A stretch of DNA of 64,000 bases. Origin: Eledone cirrhosa (lineage: Eukaryota). The translations under genes were made by a program, and so were the position numbers. Where the stretch lies: the NCBI GenBank assembly GCA_964016885.1, contig OZ024740.1, forward strand, positions 89,652,001 to 89,716,000, given 5' to 3'. Of the stretch, positions 50,734 through 64,000 are shown piece after piece (within the stretch, counting starts at the first letter, position 1; every line of letters begins with the position of its first letter). The notes below the pieces were generated by a model. That model was not told the origin of the DNA and made no database searches. It was given only the letters and a program-made list of their open reading frames with translations.

Positions 50734-50788
<55 letters not shown>

Positions 50789-53700
50789 TTAACATTTGTG
50801 AAAGAAAGGGACTACGTTGTTGCTGGATAAATTGTATTTATGTATATGCATTTATATATATGTATTATTAAACGTAAGCCAACATCTCAAGAGACAATAT
50901 AGGACAGACCAATTATATCTACACCCAAATTGAGAATTTGGCTTCAGTTTAATATATGTTATTGCTTCTCTAAGTTGTTGATTTATTAACATAACTTATT
51001 AACATAACGTATTAGAGATAGTTAAATTCCCAAATTAATATTAAATGCTTCACTATTGTTTGGCTGATCCAGACGGTTTTTGCTGCTATTTCCAGCGTCA
51101 ATATGAGCCCATCGTATTGCCTTAATGCATAGAGTGGGATTCATATATCGTTCACACCATACTGTTTGGAAACGACATTGCATATATGATATGTATTAAT
51201 ATTCTCGCCTTATTCTGAAGAATTGTCCGGTTAGAGTAAGAGTAATTCTTCCAATATTGGTTATTCCAATGTCTTTGAAAGATTAATTTTTTTTTTTCAG
51301 TTCCAGAATTAATGTTCGAGGAACTATAAGTTATCTCGTCTTATTTTAGTCGGTCAAGGTTATCATCCACCACATTGAGATTTTTACTAATTACTACTCT
51401 GAGTAGATAATTTATTAATATATCTTATCCTTTCATTGAGATGTCTACGTACTAGCGATAGTACACTTTATAATTTAATATATATATTTATCAACATATA
51501 TATACATATATGGGCGTATGCTTAAGGGTTTTTCCACATCCACAATGTTGTATTTTACAAATGCTATAACCCAGTTCGGAAATATTGAAGATATTATGCC
51601 AAATTCACGTGACAAGTTATATGTAATTATACTTCGCTGTCTGTTACATACGTTCATAAATTAAGTGAGATTGTTGATTTTAACATATATATATATATAT
51701 CCAATTTGGTTTAAATTTTACATAAACTTAAGATTGTTTTTACCTAAATGCCCATAGTAAGGAAAATAACTATATACTATACTGTCAAGTTATGAAATAG
51801 TTTCCCTACTTTGCTGCTATGGGCATAATTCAATAGATATTTCCCTTTTGGACATAACAGTATTTAAATGAAGCTAGGTAGACATAAAATTGAATAAAAA
51901 TTATATAAAAAAGCATGGACACTTAACTCCTTAGAGGCATTCGAGTAAAGTGTCTGAATTTAGTGGATCCACTGTTTATACTAACTTTTAAAAAAAATAT
52001 TAGCACCACCAGCATAATATATTATGAATGCGGTGAAGTTTTACCTTGAGAAATGTTTAATATACTACTGGTATTTAATAAGTTTCCACGTTTTAATATT
52101 GCATTCAACATTCATATGTCATATTAAATATAAATGATATCATATGAATATATAGATTATGATAGATTTATTATCGTAATGTATAGCAGGAAGATGTCGG
52201 TAGTGAAATATGCGTGTAATGTTACAAACATATATCTAATTATTTAAATCGATACTGTACAGAAGTACAGGAGAAACGGGTAATAAATTAATGTATTATA
52301 AACGTAAGTAACTGCAAATATATGAATATTTTATTACGTCAGAAACTATACACGGATTCACTGAATAATTTAGTCTCTAATATTGTTATTATGGAGATGA
52401 CAAAAATGTGAAATTTCGGTGGTACAGAATTCATAGTTGATAACTATTTATGTTAAAGCAAATAAACTGTTGATAATGTGTAATGCCAATTTTCCATACA
52501 TAACATTCACATCTGTATATATATATATATATATATATAGATATTTCCCTTTTGGACATAACAGTATTTAAATGAAGCTAGGTAGACATAAAATTGAATA
52601 AAAATTATATAAAAAAGCATGGACACTTAACTCCTTAGAGGCATTCGAGTAAAGTGTCTGAATTTAGTGGATCCACTGTTTATACTAACTTTTAAAAAAA
52701 ACTATGAATTCTGTACCACCGAAATTTCACATTTTTGTCATCTCCATAATAACAATATTAGAGACTAAATTATTCAGTGAATCCGTGTATAGTTTCTGAC
52801 GTAATAAAATATTCATATATTTGCAGTTACTTACGTTTATAATACATTAATTTATTACCCGTTTCTCCTGTACTTCTGTACAGTATCGATTTAAATAATT
52901 AGATATATGTTTGTAACATTACACGCATATTTCACTACCGACATCTTCCTGCTATACATTACGATAATAAATCTATCATAATCTATATATTCATATGATA
53001 TCATTTATATTTAATATGACATATGAATGTTGAATGCAATATTAAAACGTGGAAACTTATTAAATACCAGTAGTATATTAAACATTTCTCAAGGTAAAAC
53101 TTCACCGCATTCATAATATATTATGCTGGTGGTGCTAATATTTTTTTTAAAAGTTAGTATAAACAGTGGATCCACTAAATTCAGACACTTTACTCGAATG
53201 CCTCTAAGGAGTTAAGTGTCCATGCTTTTTTATATAATTTTTATTCAATTTTATGTCTACCTAGCTTCATTTAAATACTGTTATGTCCAAAAGGGAAATA
53301 TCTATTGAATTATGCCCATAGCAGCAAAGTAGGGAAACTATTTCATAACTTGACAGTATAGTATATAGTTATTTTCCTTACTATGGGCATTTAGGTAAAA
53401 ACAATCTTAAGTTTATGTAAAATTTAAACCAAATTGGATATATATATATATATGTTAAAATCAACAATCTCACTTAATTTATGAACGTATGTAACAGACA
53501 GCGAAGTATAATTACATATAACTTGTCACGTGAATTTGGCATAATATCTTCAATATTTCCGAACTGGGTTATAGCATTTGTAAAATACAACATTGTGGAT
53601 GTGGAAAAACCCTTAAGCATACGCCCATATATGTATATATATGTTGATAAATATATATATTAAATTATAAAGTGTACTATCGCTAGTACGTAGACATCTC

Positions 53701-54289
53701 AATGAAAGGATAAGATATATTAATAAATTATCTACTCAGAGTAGTAATTAGTAAAAATCTCAATGTGGTGGATGATAACCTTGACCGACTAAAATAAGAC
53801 GAGATAACTTATAGTTCCTCGAACATTAATTCTGGAACTGAACAAAAAAAATTAATCTTTCAAAGACATTGGAATAACCAATATTGGAAGAATTACTCTT
53901 ACTCTAACCGGACAATTCTTCAGAATAAGGCGAGAATATTAATACATATCATATATGCAATGTCGTTTCCAAACAGTATGGTGTGAACGATATATGAATC
54001 CCACTCTATGCATTAAGGCAATACGATGGGCTCATATTGACGCTGGAAATAGCAGCAAAAACCGTCTGGATCAGCCGAACAATAGTGAAGCATTTAATAT
54101 TAATTTGGGAATTTAACTATCTCTAAAACGTTATGTTAATAAGTTATGTTAATAAATCAACAACTTAGAGAAGCAATAACATATATTAAACTGAAGCCAA
54201 ATTCTCAATTTGGGTGTAGATATAATTGGTCTGGCCTATATTGTCTCTTGAGATGTTGGCTTACGTTTAATAATACATATATATAAATG

Positions 54290-55715
54290 TTGTTATATTT
54301 GGGGAGGGTCATATTTGCGTAATATTGCCAGAATTAATAACAGAACACACTCACTGTTTGGTTGGTTTTCGCTTCTCGCTGTCTTTTATATATATATATC
54401 TGCGATCTAGCTTACTCGGTCCTCAATGTTGCCATTGACTGACCGGCGGTCAAAAATAATACAGATACAATATAGACAAACACATATATATATAGTTTAC
54501 ATAAATCTTTCGTTGCACATCTGCAACATCGTCAGTGGTGTTATATTCATTGTTCCTCCTGTTGTGTTGTATGTCTACGCCATTTTTTTTGTTCAGTCTG
54601 TCTATATATTTATTTATTTATTTGCTTGTTTGTTTATCTTATTTTATTTTGTCTTCTTTGCGCATGCGTTTGCGTGTGTGTATAGTGTTATGTGTGATGT
54701 GTGATGTGTGACTAGTGTGTATAGTGTTGTCTGCTGGGTGACTAGTGTGTGTTTATGTGCTTGTGTATGTATTTATTTATCTTATTTTATTTAATTTAAT
54801 TTACTTATTTATTTATACTTCTCTTAGGTCAGTGTTGTTTGTTTGGGTGTTGTTGTTGTTCCACTCATTCTTTCTGTTTAGCTTTGGTCTTCTAATTTCT
54901 ATTTCACTGGCCTCTCTGATTTGCCTATCTGCTGGGTCATTCCTATGTTTAGATATTATTCTAATTTCTATGTTGTCTATGTTACCGTCATGATGTTGTC
55001 TAGCATGTTCGTATAGTACTGACCCGTTTTTTCGTCCTTTTAGTTCCCCCCAGTGTTGGTCTATCCTTTCACCTATGCTACGAGCTGTCTCACCTATGTA
55101 TGTTGTTGTCGTGTTTCTGCAAGTACCCTCTGTACATCTTATGCTATAGACTACGTTTCTAGTTTTACAGTTTATCCGGGGGTTCACCTTACATATGATA
55201 CATTTCCTATTGGTACAGTGGGTTTTCTTAAAAGGGTAGGTTTTGCTGATCAGGGATTTTATGGTGGTTCCTGGCTTTTCTACCACCTTTATTTTTAAGT
55301 GGGTCTTTCTCAGGGCCTTTCTACACTGGTTAGCTAATTTCCCTCCAGGGGTGGCGTCCACAAACATGACACTCTGATATCTCTGGTTGTCGTACCATGA
55401 TGTGGCCTTCCCTATCTTATGTCTAGCCCTATCTAAGCTATTCCATGATTTGCTCCTGTATAGTGGGCAAATTCCTTTCATGTCCAGTTCTATGAGGGTC
55501 TTATACTTTTCCATGGCTCCTTCGTATACTCTGACTCTGTCTCTTTGGTTGTAGCCAGAGAACTGCATGCGGTTGATGAAGTGTTGGATGTGTCCTTCCA
55601 TTTCTGTTGGGTCGCACATGCTGGACACATTCTTCATCACTCGTACCAAATCTGCGATCAGAATATTAAACTTAGCACTACTGGACATTGCTGAGTTTTT
55701 GAGTATCATAAATAT
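54290..55715 (-). mobile_element. 5'-truncated PLE (Nematis-like) with GIY-YIG, flanked by a 14 bp duplication
   Basis: ORF 54813-55718: FSGY, VMFVDATPGG, CTNRKCIIC..CKTRNVVYSIRC..C..YIGET.R..ER..H..EH..HH. catatatataaatg occurs at 54276-54289 and 55716-55729. The element is absent from the left arm. Confidence 0.9.
54499..54538 (-). ncRNA. Minimal hammerhead motif in PLE 3' region
   Basis: ca-CTGACGA-t-gttgca(gatg)tgcaac-GAAA-gatt-TA-tg; stem I is weak. Confidence 0.6.
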
Positions 55716-55789
55716 CATATATATAAATGCATATACATAAATACAATTTATCCAGCAACAACGAAGTCCCTTTCTTTCACAAATGTTAA

Positions 55790-55840
<51 letters not shown>

Positions 55841-56404
55841 ATACTTTGGGAGGGTCATGTTGCCAATAAGAAACACACGCACCAGCTGCTTTCACTTCAA
55901 TTTATTATGAATTTTATGAATTTTATATATATACATTTTATAAATTTTATAAATTTCAGGTTCGTTGGTTCCACAACCGGATGGTTGTTCATATATTGTC
56001 AAAGTTCTTTCGTCGTCACATATGCTGTGACCTGTTCAGTGACTGGGGATTGTTTTCTTTGTTTTGTGACTCTCCTTTGTTCTGTCCTACGCCATCTTGT
56101 TTGGCGTAGGACAGAAGAAAGGAGAGGCACAAAAACAAAGAAAATAATCTCCAGTCACTGAAGAGATCATAGAATGTGTGACGAAAGAACTTTGACAATA
56201 TATAAACAATCATCTGGTTGTGGAACCAACCAACCAACCGGAAATTTATGAATTCCTAAATTTATAAATTTATTATAATAAATTGGAGTGAAAGCATCTG
56301 GTGCGTGTGTTTCTTATTGGCAACATGACCCTCCCAAAGTATAACAATATCGGTTTCAACAAACGTTTTCAGATAAAGAATCTTGCTAAATAAATTCAGA
56401 AACG

Positions 56405-56441
<37 letters not shown>

Positions 56442-57460
56442 CCGCACAGTCATAGAAACGACCAAGTAATTCGGGTCAAACAAATACAAAATATGTTTGA
56501 AGAATTTACCCGGACCCCTGGATTGTTGTTAAAAATCAAGCATTTGCGTTTCTGCGACTCCTAAATCAAGTACTGTCCGCTGAGACAAATAATTGTTTCT
56601 ACTTTAGGCACAAGGCCAGCAATTACCCAGTGCATTACTGGTACTATATTTCATCGACATCGTAAGGATGAAAGGCAAAGTCAACCTCAGCGGGATTTGA
56701 ACTCAGATCGTAAAGGGACGTAACTATGCTGGAAAGCATGGCGTCGACCCTCTACCGATACTGCCAATCCACCGCTTAGACAAATAATGCTAAGCTTTTG
56801 GTAAGATGATTGAACAGGGAGATCACTTTCTCAACAGGTGTTAGTTCAAGTGCCAGGCCAAGGATTGACCGTTACCAATACCCACGTGGGGCTCGGCAAG
56901 GGAGACAACCCTTATTTTTGGTGGATGAATTCAGTATGTGTAATATTGCAGAATTGCAAAATATCACAAAACGAATTAAGTTCTCAACAGAATGGTTTTA
57001 AAGTTAACAATTTCTATTCAGAAGTCAATAGAATCAACTATAAAAATCAAGAAAATTAAATGGTCAATAGCTAGACTCTGGGGATTAATACAAATATAAA
57101 TTAGGGAGATTCGTATTTCGGCTATTGGAAATTAACGAAAAACAATTTCCGAGATGTGTGGCAAGCGCTCAATAGATTCTAACGCACCAGAGCTACAACA
57201 TACGTTAAAGGCCTAACACACAGAGACGATGGTTAAACAATTATCCGCACAGCCATACAAAACGACCAAGTAATTCGGGTCAAACAAATAAAAAATATGA
57301 TACGAAAATTTGATTGAAAAGTTATATATATATATTATATAATTATATATATATATATTAAAATAACAGGTTCTTATATATTTGATATATACTTATCTTT
57401 ATCGAGCCCTTTTGGATTGATGTCTTCAAATTTATTATTATTACTATATATATATGTATA

Positions 57461-57527
<67 letters not shown>

Positions 57528-57669
57528 TCATTTATATATATATATATACATATACCATCTTTTATTATTCGTAATGTGCAGTTGTGTAGTAGTAGTAGAA
57601 AATATGAAGACTAAAATCCGAAGATGGCTCGATAAGGATAATATGTACATACATGTATATAAAAAACGG

Positions 57670-59512
57670 AAACAATGAAACGAAATTTCATTTCTCACTC
57701 TTATTACGGCTGTTACTTAAATATAAGTATGTATACGTACATACATATATGTATACAGACGTACAGTATTATGTATATATATACACATATATGCACATAT
57801 ATATATATATATATATATGTACGTATGGATTCACCGAACATTTATTATAATGCTCGGTGTGTTTGTAAACAAACATCCCGAATTTAGCCGTACAGTGTCT
57901 CTCAACCATCGTTGCTCATTTGTTCAACACTGACAAAGGAACGCTGTAGTAGTTTCAAGCTTATTAGCTATCGTCAGCAACGTATACCTTCCTGCCAGAT
58001 GATTGAACGTCTGAAAGTATATACTTTCCTTATGCCTATTAACGGCTGAGCAGCCTAATTTGCTTATCGAGTGAGTTAATCGGCCGGGAGCCCCGAAAAC
58101 GGTAAACGTAAAAAATGAAACAAATTTCATTTCTCCCTCTTAGTACGGCAGTTACTTACATATAATTATGTATACGTACATACATATATGTATCCAGACG
58201 TACAGTAGTATATATATATATATACATACATTCACACACATATATATATATATATATGTACGTATGGATTCACCGAATATTTATTACAATGCTCGGTGTG
58301 TTTGTAAACAAACATCCCGAATTAAGTCGTACAGTATCTAGCAACAATCGTTGCTCATTTATTCAACCATGACAAAGGAACGATGTACTAGTTTCAAGCT
58401 TATTAGCTATCGTCAGCAACGTATACCTTCCTGCTAGACGATTGAACGTCTGAAAGTATATACTTTCCTTATGTATATTAACGGCTGAGCAGCCTAATTT
58501 GCATATCGAGTGATTTAATCGGCCGTGTGCACCGAACACGATAAAAGGAAAAAAATGAAACGAAATTTAATATCTCACTCTTAGTACAGCTATTACTTAA
58601 ATATATGTATGTATACGTACATACATATATGTATACAGACGAACAGTAGTATGTATATATATATATATACATACATGCACACATATATATATGTACGTAT
58701 GGATTCATCAAATATTTATTATAATGCTCGGTGTGTTTGCAAACAAACATCCTGAATTAAGCCGTACAGTGTCTAGCAACAATCGTTGCTCATTTGTTCA
58801 ACACGGCCGATTAACTCACTCGATGTGCAAATTAGGCTGCTCAGCCGTTAATATACATAAGGAAACTATATACTTTCAGACGTTCAATCATCTGGCAGGA
58901 AGGTATACGTTGTTGACGATAGCTAATAAGCTTGACACTTGTACAGCATTCCTTTGTCAGTGTTGAACAAATGAGCAACGATGGTTGCTAGACACAGTAC
59001 GGCTTAATTCGGGATGTTTGTTTGCAAACACACCGATCATTATAATAAATGTTCTGTGAATCCATACGTACATATATATATATATGTGTGCATGTATGTA
59101 TATATATATATATATATATACATACTACTGTACGTATGTATACACATATGTATGTACGTATACATACTTATATTTAAGTAACAGCCGTACTAAGTGTGAG
59201 AAATGAAATTTTGTTCCATTTTTTCCGTTTATCGTTTTCGCTGCACCCGGCCGATTAACTCACTCGATATGCGAATTATACTGCTCAGCCGTTAATATGC
59301 ATAAGGAAAGTATATACTTCCAGACGTTCAATCATCTGGCAGGAAGGTATACGTGGCTGACGGTATCTAATAATCTGGAAACTAGTACTTCGTTCCTCTG
59401 TCAGTGTTGAACGAATGAGCAACGAATGTTGTTAGACACTGTATGGCTTAATTCGGGATGTTTGTTTACAAACCAAAAAGAGCATTATAATAAATGTTCG
59501 GTGGATCCATAC

Positions 59513-59553
<41 letters not shown>

Positions 59554-59630
59554 CATTATGTATATATATAAACATACTACTGTAGGTCTATATACATATA
59601 TGTATGTACGTATACATACTTATATATATA
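57670..59630. repeat. ~440 bp satellite-like tandem repeat with an orientation switch at ~58803
   Basis: Units at ~57672-58112, 58113-58553 and 58554-58803 (partial) on +, then ~58804-59248 and 59249-59630 inverted. Confidence 0.9.
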
Positions 59631-59696
59631 TAAAAACAGTAGAGTAAATATTTATTAAAATAAAGTAGCCAGCGTTCATTAACTTTTATTTATTTA

Positions 59697-60144
59697 CTAG
59701 CAGTAAAGCCCGGCGTTGCTCGGGCTGCTCAGTAACTGTGATAAAGTTACAATGTTAAGTTCCTTTTTTGGCTTAAACAAAATGTAGAGACGACAGTGTA
59801 GACTTCTATGTGGTACTTTTGATTAATATTCCCTCAACCAACATTATGCCTTATGAAGTTAAGAAAACATAACCATAACCCGAATGTTAAAACAAAAGAG
59901 GAGGCTGCGGATAAAAAATGTACTAGTAATCTATTAACAAAAATCGAAAATTTAAACACTGCAACACTTGTCTCAGAGAAAAACATTAGCGTAACCAAAC
60001 TATCAGTTATTTTGAAACAAAGAAATTGGATGGACATGAAAAACAAAAAAAACAAAAAAATACATGCGTTATCTCTCTATCGTTTAATATCATTGCTTCT
60101 AAATGAAAATATCAAAAGGCTTTATTCGAGATTATATATATAGA
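59697..60144 (-). mobile_element. Non-autonomous Helitron
   Basis: Minus strand: A|TCTATATATA ... gcccg(agcaacgc)cgggc-tttactg-CTAG|T. This gives a TC start, subterminal hairpin, CTAG end, insertion between A and T, and no TSD. Confidence 0.78.
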
Positions 60145-60952
60145 TCAATGCGTTTTTTGCAAAACATTTGCTTGTTTTACGGTGTATTCAAATAGGCTGT
60201 TTTCAAGTAAAAATATTGTTTTATAAGACTTTTTAATGGAAATGAAGCACAATGCAATTTTAATGTTGAAATTTCTAACTCATGAATTTTTCCAGGTTAA
60301 AACTTTGCTAGCCCTAAAGTTGCACGTGTATTTTTGTACTTTTGCCCACATCAGTATTCGTAACGTAAATAGATAGACAGAATGACGCCATAAAAGGGAA
60401 ATAACTCGTCTCTCATCTATAGTTATATATTTGAATTGAAAAATCAATACATTACAAATTCGATTTTTGCACGTGGCGTGGGTCGATTTGAAAATGTTTT
60501 GACCGATCTATCTGCCGGGCTTCATTTATAAGTGTAACAATTTCACCGAAATTTGAACGTACGGTTTAGGAGGAGATATGTGCCGACCGTTTTAGTAGAC
60601 AGACAAGAGATGAGAAAGAGAAAGAGAGTGAAACGGATGGGGAGAGAAAGACAATGAGAACAGAGAAAATTTGGGATAGATAAAAAAAGTAAAGAGGCAG
60701 GAGAGAGGGAGTGTGATTTGAGGGATTCTTTACCTAATGTGTGTCCGCGTTTATATATATATTTACACGCACATATGTGTGTGTTATGTGTTGGCGTTCT
60801 TTAGCAGAGGATATATGTTACCGCCAAAGCTTATTTTCTACATGTATCTAAAGAAATCACAGATGCTTTTATAAAAGTTGTATATATGTATGTATTTAAC
60901 AGACAAACAAAAACGGTATTTTTAAAAGATATTATTTGAATATATTATTTTC

Positions 60953-61145
60953 CGTGGTGGATTGGCAGTATCGGTAGATTGTCTGACGCCATGCTTTGAC
61001 GCATTGAGTCACGGCCCTTGCCATTCTGATTTCAAATCCCGCCGATGTTAACTTTGCCTTTCATCCCTACGGGGTCGATAAAATAAAGTACCAGTAATAC
61101 AATGGAGTAATAGCTGGCCTTGTGCCAAAATAAGACACAATTATT
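60953..61145 (+). mobile_element. tRNA-derived SINE, older copy (3' fragment also at ~61350-61415, minus strand)
   Basis: tggcagtatcgg, ttcaaatcc, ctttgcctttcatcc and tail ccttgtgccaaaataagacacaattatt. Confidence 0.82.
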
Positions 61146-61442
61146 TTCCGTTGTTATTTGAATTAACACAGAACAATTTTTTTTAGTAGTGTTTGTCGTT
61201 TTTTTTGGATACAATCTGAAATCCCAATATTTTCTACATATGTCTAAAGTTAAATACACATTCATATAAAGAGATCATTTAAAACTACTTTACAGAGTGA
61301 ACAATACATTCTATAGTTGTTTCTATTTCGGAAAGAGTGTGGTGTATAATAATGTTTCTACTTTTGGTACATGGCCAGCAATTATTCCAGTGCATTACTG
61401 GTACTTTATTCTATCGTGTGGTGTGTAATAGTATCACTTCAA

Positions 61443-64000
61443 ATGCCTAGAAAACGTTCCAGATCATTATATGGAAGGTAATCTTCAGAGGCTAAGACAA
61501 AGAAAAGACAGCGATCTGAAGAAAGTGAAGAAGTTCGGCATGCCCGTCTAGCTGCTAACAGAGCCCAAACAGTTTTAGCACGAACACACCCTTTGTATGA
61601 AAGGGAACAAAGGACTGCTGCTACACGAGAACAACAAATTAAGGAACAGCAGCAACAATATCAAAAATGCAGCAGCCATTATCCTAGAGCTTTTATTCGG
61701 GAAACTCGGACTGACAATAACGGATAACCCCTTTATCGTAGGCGTAGACCAGAACATGGAGGCAATACTGAAAGCCTAACAGTTCGAGGAGAAGAGCTGA
61801 CTATAAACAAACAGTGGGTCCTCCCACACAACAAATTGTTGTGTAAACTTTTAAAAGCTCATATCAATGTTGAGTATTGCAGCTCCGTCAAGGCAATACT
61901 ATGTCACACAATATATAAACAAGGGCAGTGACATGGCTACCTTTATTACTAACAAAGAACTCAATGATGGTGGGCTGCAAGACGTCATACGTCGATACAT
62001 CTCCAACAATGAAGCTATCTGGCGAATCTTTGGAGTTGATATCCACCAACGCCACCCAACAGTGGTCAACGTCGCAGATCATCTGGAAAATGGACAGAGA
62101 GTGTACTTCACCAAGATCACTGCTCATCAGTTGGCACAAACATCACATGACACTACACTAACTGCTTTCTTTAAACTCTGCCAGAATGATGAATTTGCTT
62201 GATCCCTCCAATATGCTGAAGTCCCAACATACTACACCTGGACCAATTGCAAGGCATGGAATCGAAGAAAGCAGGGTCATTTAGTGGAAGGTCATGAAGC
62301 CAAGTCAAGTGATGCTATTGGGCATGGTTACAATGTCCATCCCAACAATAGAGAATGTTTTAATTTACGGCTACTTCTGCATACTTTTCGAGGACCAACA
62401 TCATGTGAGGATCTTAGGTGCTTCAGAAGAAGGGAGTGCGCAACATACCAAGAAGCATGTAAACAGCATGTACTCCTGCACGACAATGGACACTGGAAGA
62501 AGTGCCTAGAAGAAGCAGCAATCACTCAAGTAGCCAGTCAAATAAGACAATTATTTGCTATTATGCTCACAGCACGTGGAATTGATGAAGCTCATCTAAT
62601 CTGGCAGGAGTACCAAAACAATGTCGGACGACTCTCTACACCTAGCCCGAAGACATCATGGCAATATGTATATAGAATATACCCCTAGGATTTACAATCA
62701 AGCTCTCTGTGACCTGTGCCATCGAGTTCAGGCAATGAATAGCACATTAGCTCACTGCGGGATGCCAGAGACAGATGAAGAAATGGAGGTAGCACAAGAC
62801 ATGTTTCAGGAGACAAACTACGATATTCAAGTATTGCGTAAGTTTGTGGAGGAAGATGAACCTGGATTGATGGATGACCAGAAATACGACTTCCACAACA
62901 TCATCGAAAACATTCAAAATGACAGGGGAGGATTTTCTTCATCGATGCTACTGCTGGCACAGGCAAGACATTCCTCATAAACCTTCTGCTTGCAAAAGTT
63001 CGCCAAAAGCAACATATTGCCTTTGCTGTGGATTTCAAGTGGCATTGCAACAACACTTCTGGATGAGGGAAGTGCTGCACACTCCATGTTTAAGCTGCCC
63101 ATAGATCTCACACGCCATGAACACTCTTTTTGCAACACCAAGAAGAACTCACCAAAGGGTAAGCTTCTGCACACATGCAAGATGATATTTTAGGAATAAG
63201 CTACTATGAGCCATAGCGGAGCAATTGAAGCTTTGGCCCGAAATTTAAGGGATCTGAGAGAAAATAGTTGCATAATGGGAGGAGTGATTTCAGATGAACT
63301 CTGCCTGTAATTATTCGAGGGACTCGAGCTCATCAGGTCAATGCCTGTCTGAAAACATCCTATCTCTGGTCTCACTTACAGCTGCTAAGCCTTACAACCG
63401 ACATGCGAGTGCACTAAACTGGTGATGAAGATGTCAGTGAGTTTGCCATCCAACTACTTTAATTGGGAAATGGACTGCTTGAAAAGGATTCCAATGACCA
63501 TATTCAGTTGTCATTTGGCCATATCATTGACACAGAACAAGAAATGATTGCCAGAGTGTTTCCAAACATTCAGACCAAGCAATGTGATCAGAAATGGCTC
63601 TGTGAACGAGCAATCTTAGCACCTAAAAATGTTGCTGTGAAAGAAATCAACAGAAGGATATGTTACCGGGAGACAAAATATGCTACAAATCAGTTGACAC
63701 AATCACTTCTCAAGACCAGGTTGTAAACTATCCAACTGAATTTTTGAATAGTCTGGAGCATCTTCGCAATGTGGATCCTCTAAAACTTTGTCATGCACAA
63801 GACTCATCATCAAAACTATGATGTCCAATGTTCTAGAAGTTACAATCATGTGAGGAAAATTTGCTGGTGACAATTGTTTCATTCCCAGAATACCTCTGAA
63901 GCCAACTGATTTGCAATTTGAATTTCAAAGACTTCAATTTCCGATCAGGCTCAGTTTTGCCATGACCATTAATAAATCTCAAGGGCAATCATTGAAAGTC
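61443..64000 (+). pseudogene. Helitron RepHel (PIF1-like helicase) pseudogene, most of Rep deleted, runs off the window
   Basis: AHINVEYCSSVKAI, YINKGSD, LRLLL..GPTS, Walker A AGTGKTFL, SGIATTLL, RAILAPKN and [20 protein letters not shown]; many stops and frameshifts. Confidence 0.92.

Larger units (their letters stand above)
50229..50739. mobile_element. Non-coding palindromic PLE pLTR-like unit with two outward-facing hammerheads (mirror at ~55836-56348)
   Basis: Arms ttgttatactttgggagggtc...gtcctacgcc / ggcgtaggac...gaccctcccaaagtataacaa; termini resemble the 3' end of the PLE at 54290. Confidence 0.75.

Noticed and set aside
57670-59630. CRISPR-like or regularly spaced array
   Set aside because: Whole ~440 bp units repeat with no unique spacers; the context is eukaryotic and there are no cas genes.
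62870-64000. Cellular PIF1 helicase gene
   Set aside because: It is intronless, riddled with stops and preceded by Helitron-specific Rep-to-helicase motifs.

Overview
AT-rich, repeat-only eukaryotic (animal) DNA. No host protein-coding gene, rRNA, true tRNA or CRISPR is recognisable. The SINE family and microsatellite load resemble octopod/cephalopod genomes; this is recall, not verified. Layout: (1) 0.9-7.8 kb, old RTE-type LINE remnants, a decayed Neptune-like Penelope element (PLE) and hammerhead-ribozyme motifs. (2) 7.9-34.9 kb plus 42.7-48.7 kb, a stacked array of non-LTR retrotransposons separated by (TTA)n/(TAA)n: five Tx1-clade LINEs always sense to the TTA strand, four R4/Dong-type RLE LINE pieces always sense to the TAA strand, and a tRNA-derived SINE whose 3' tail mimics the Tx1 3' end. 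(3) 35.2-42.3 kb, a young, nearly intact Naiad-like PLE with tandem and inverted pseudo-LTRs and two hammerheads. (4) 48.9-57.6 kb, an ~8.7 kb palindrome containing nested hammerhead-bearing palindromes, with a PLE inserted in one arm. (5) 57.7-64 kb, an inverted ~440 bp satellite, a non-autonomous Helitron and a decayed RepHel gene. The best candidate for an undescribed system is the (TTA)n-targeted Tx1/SINE/Dong guild, with its conserved UTR RNA structures and conserved splice-donor-like ORF1/ORF2 junction. All similarity judgements were made by eye.
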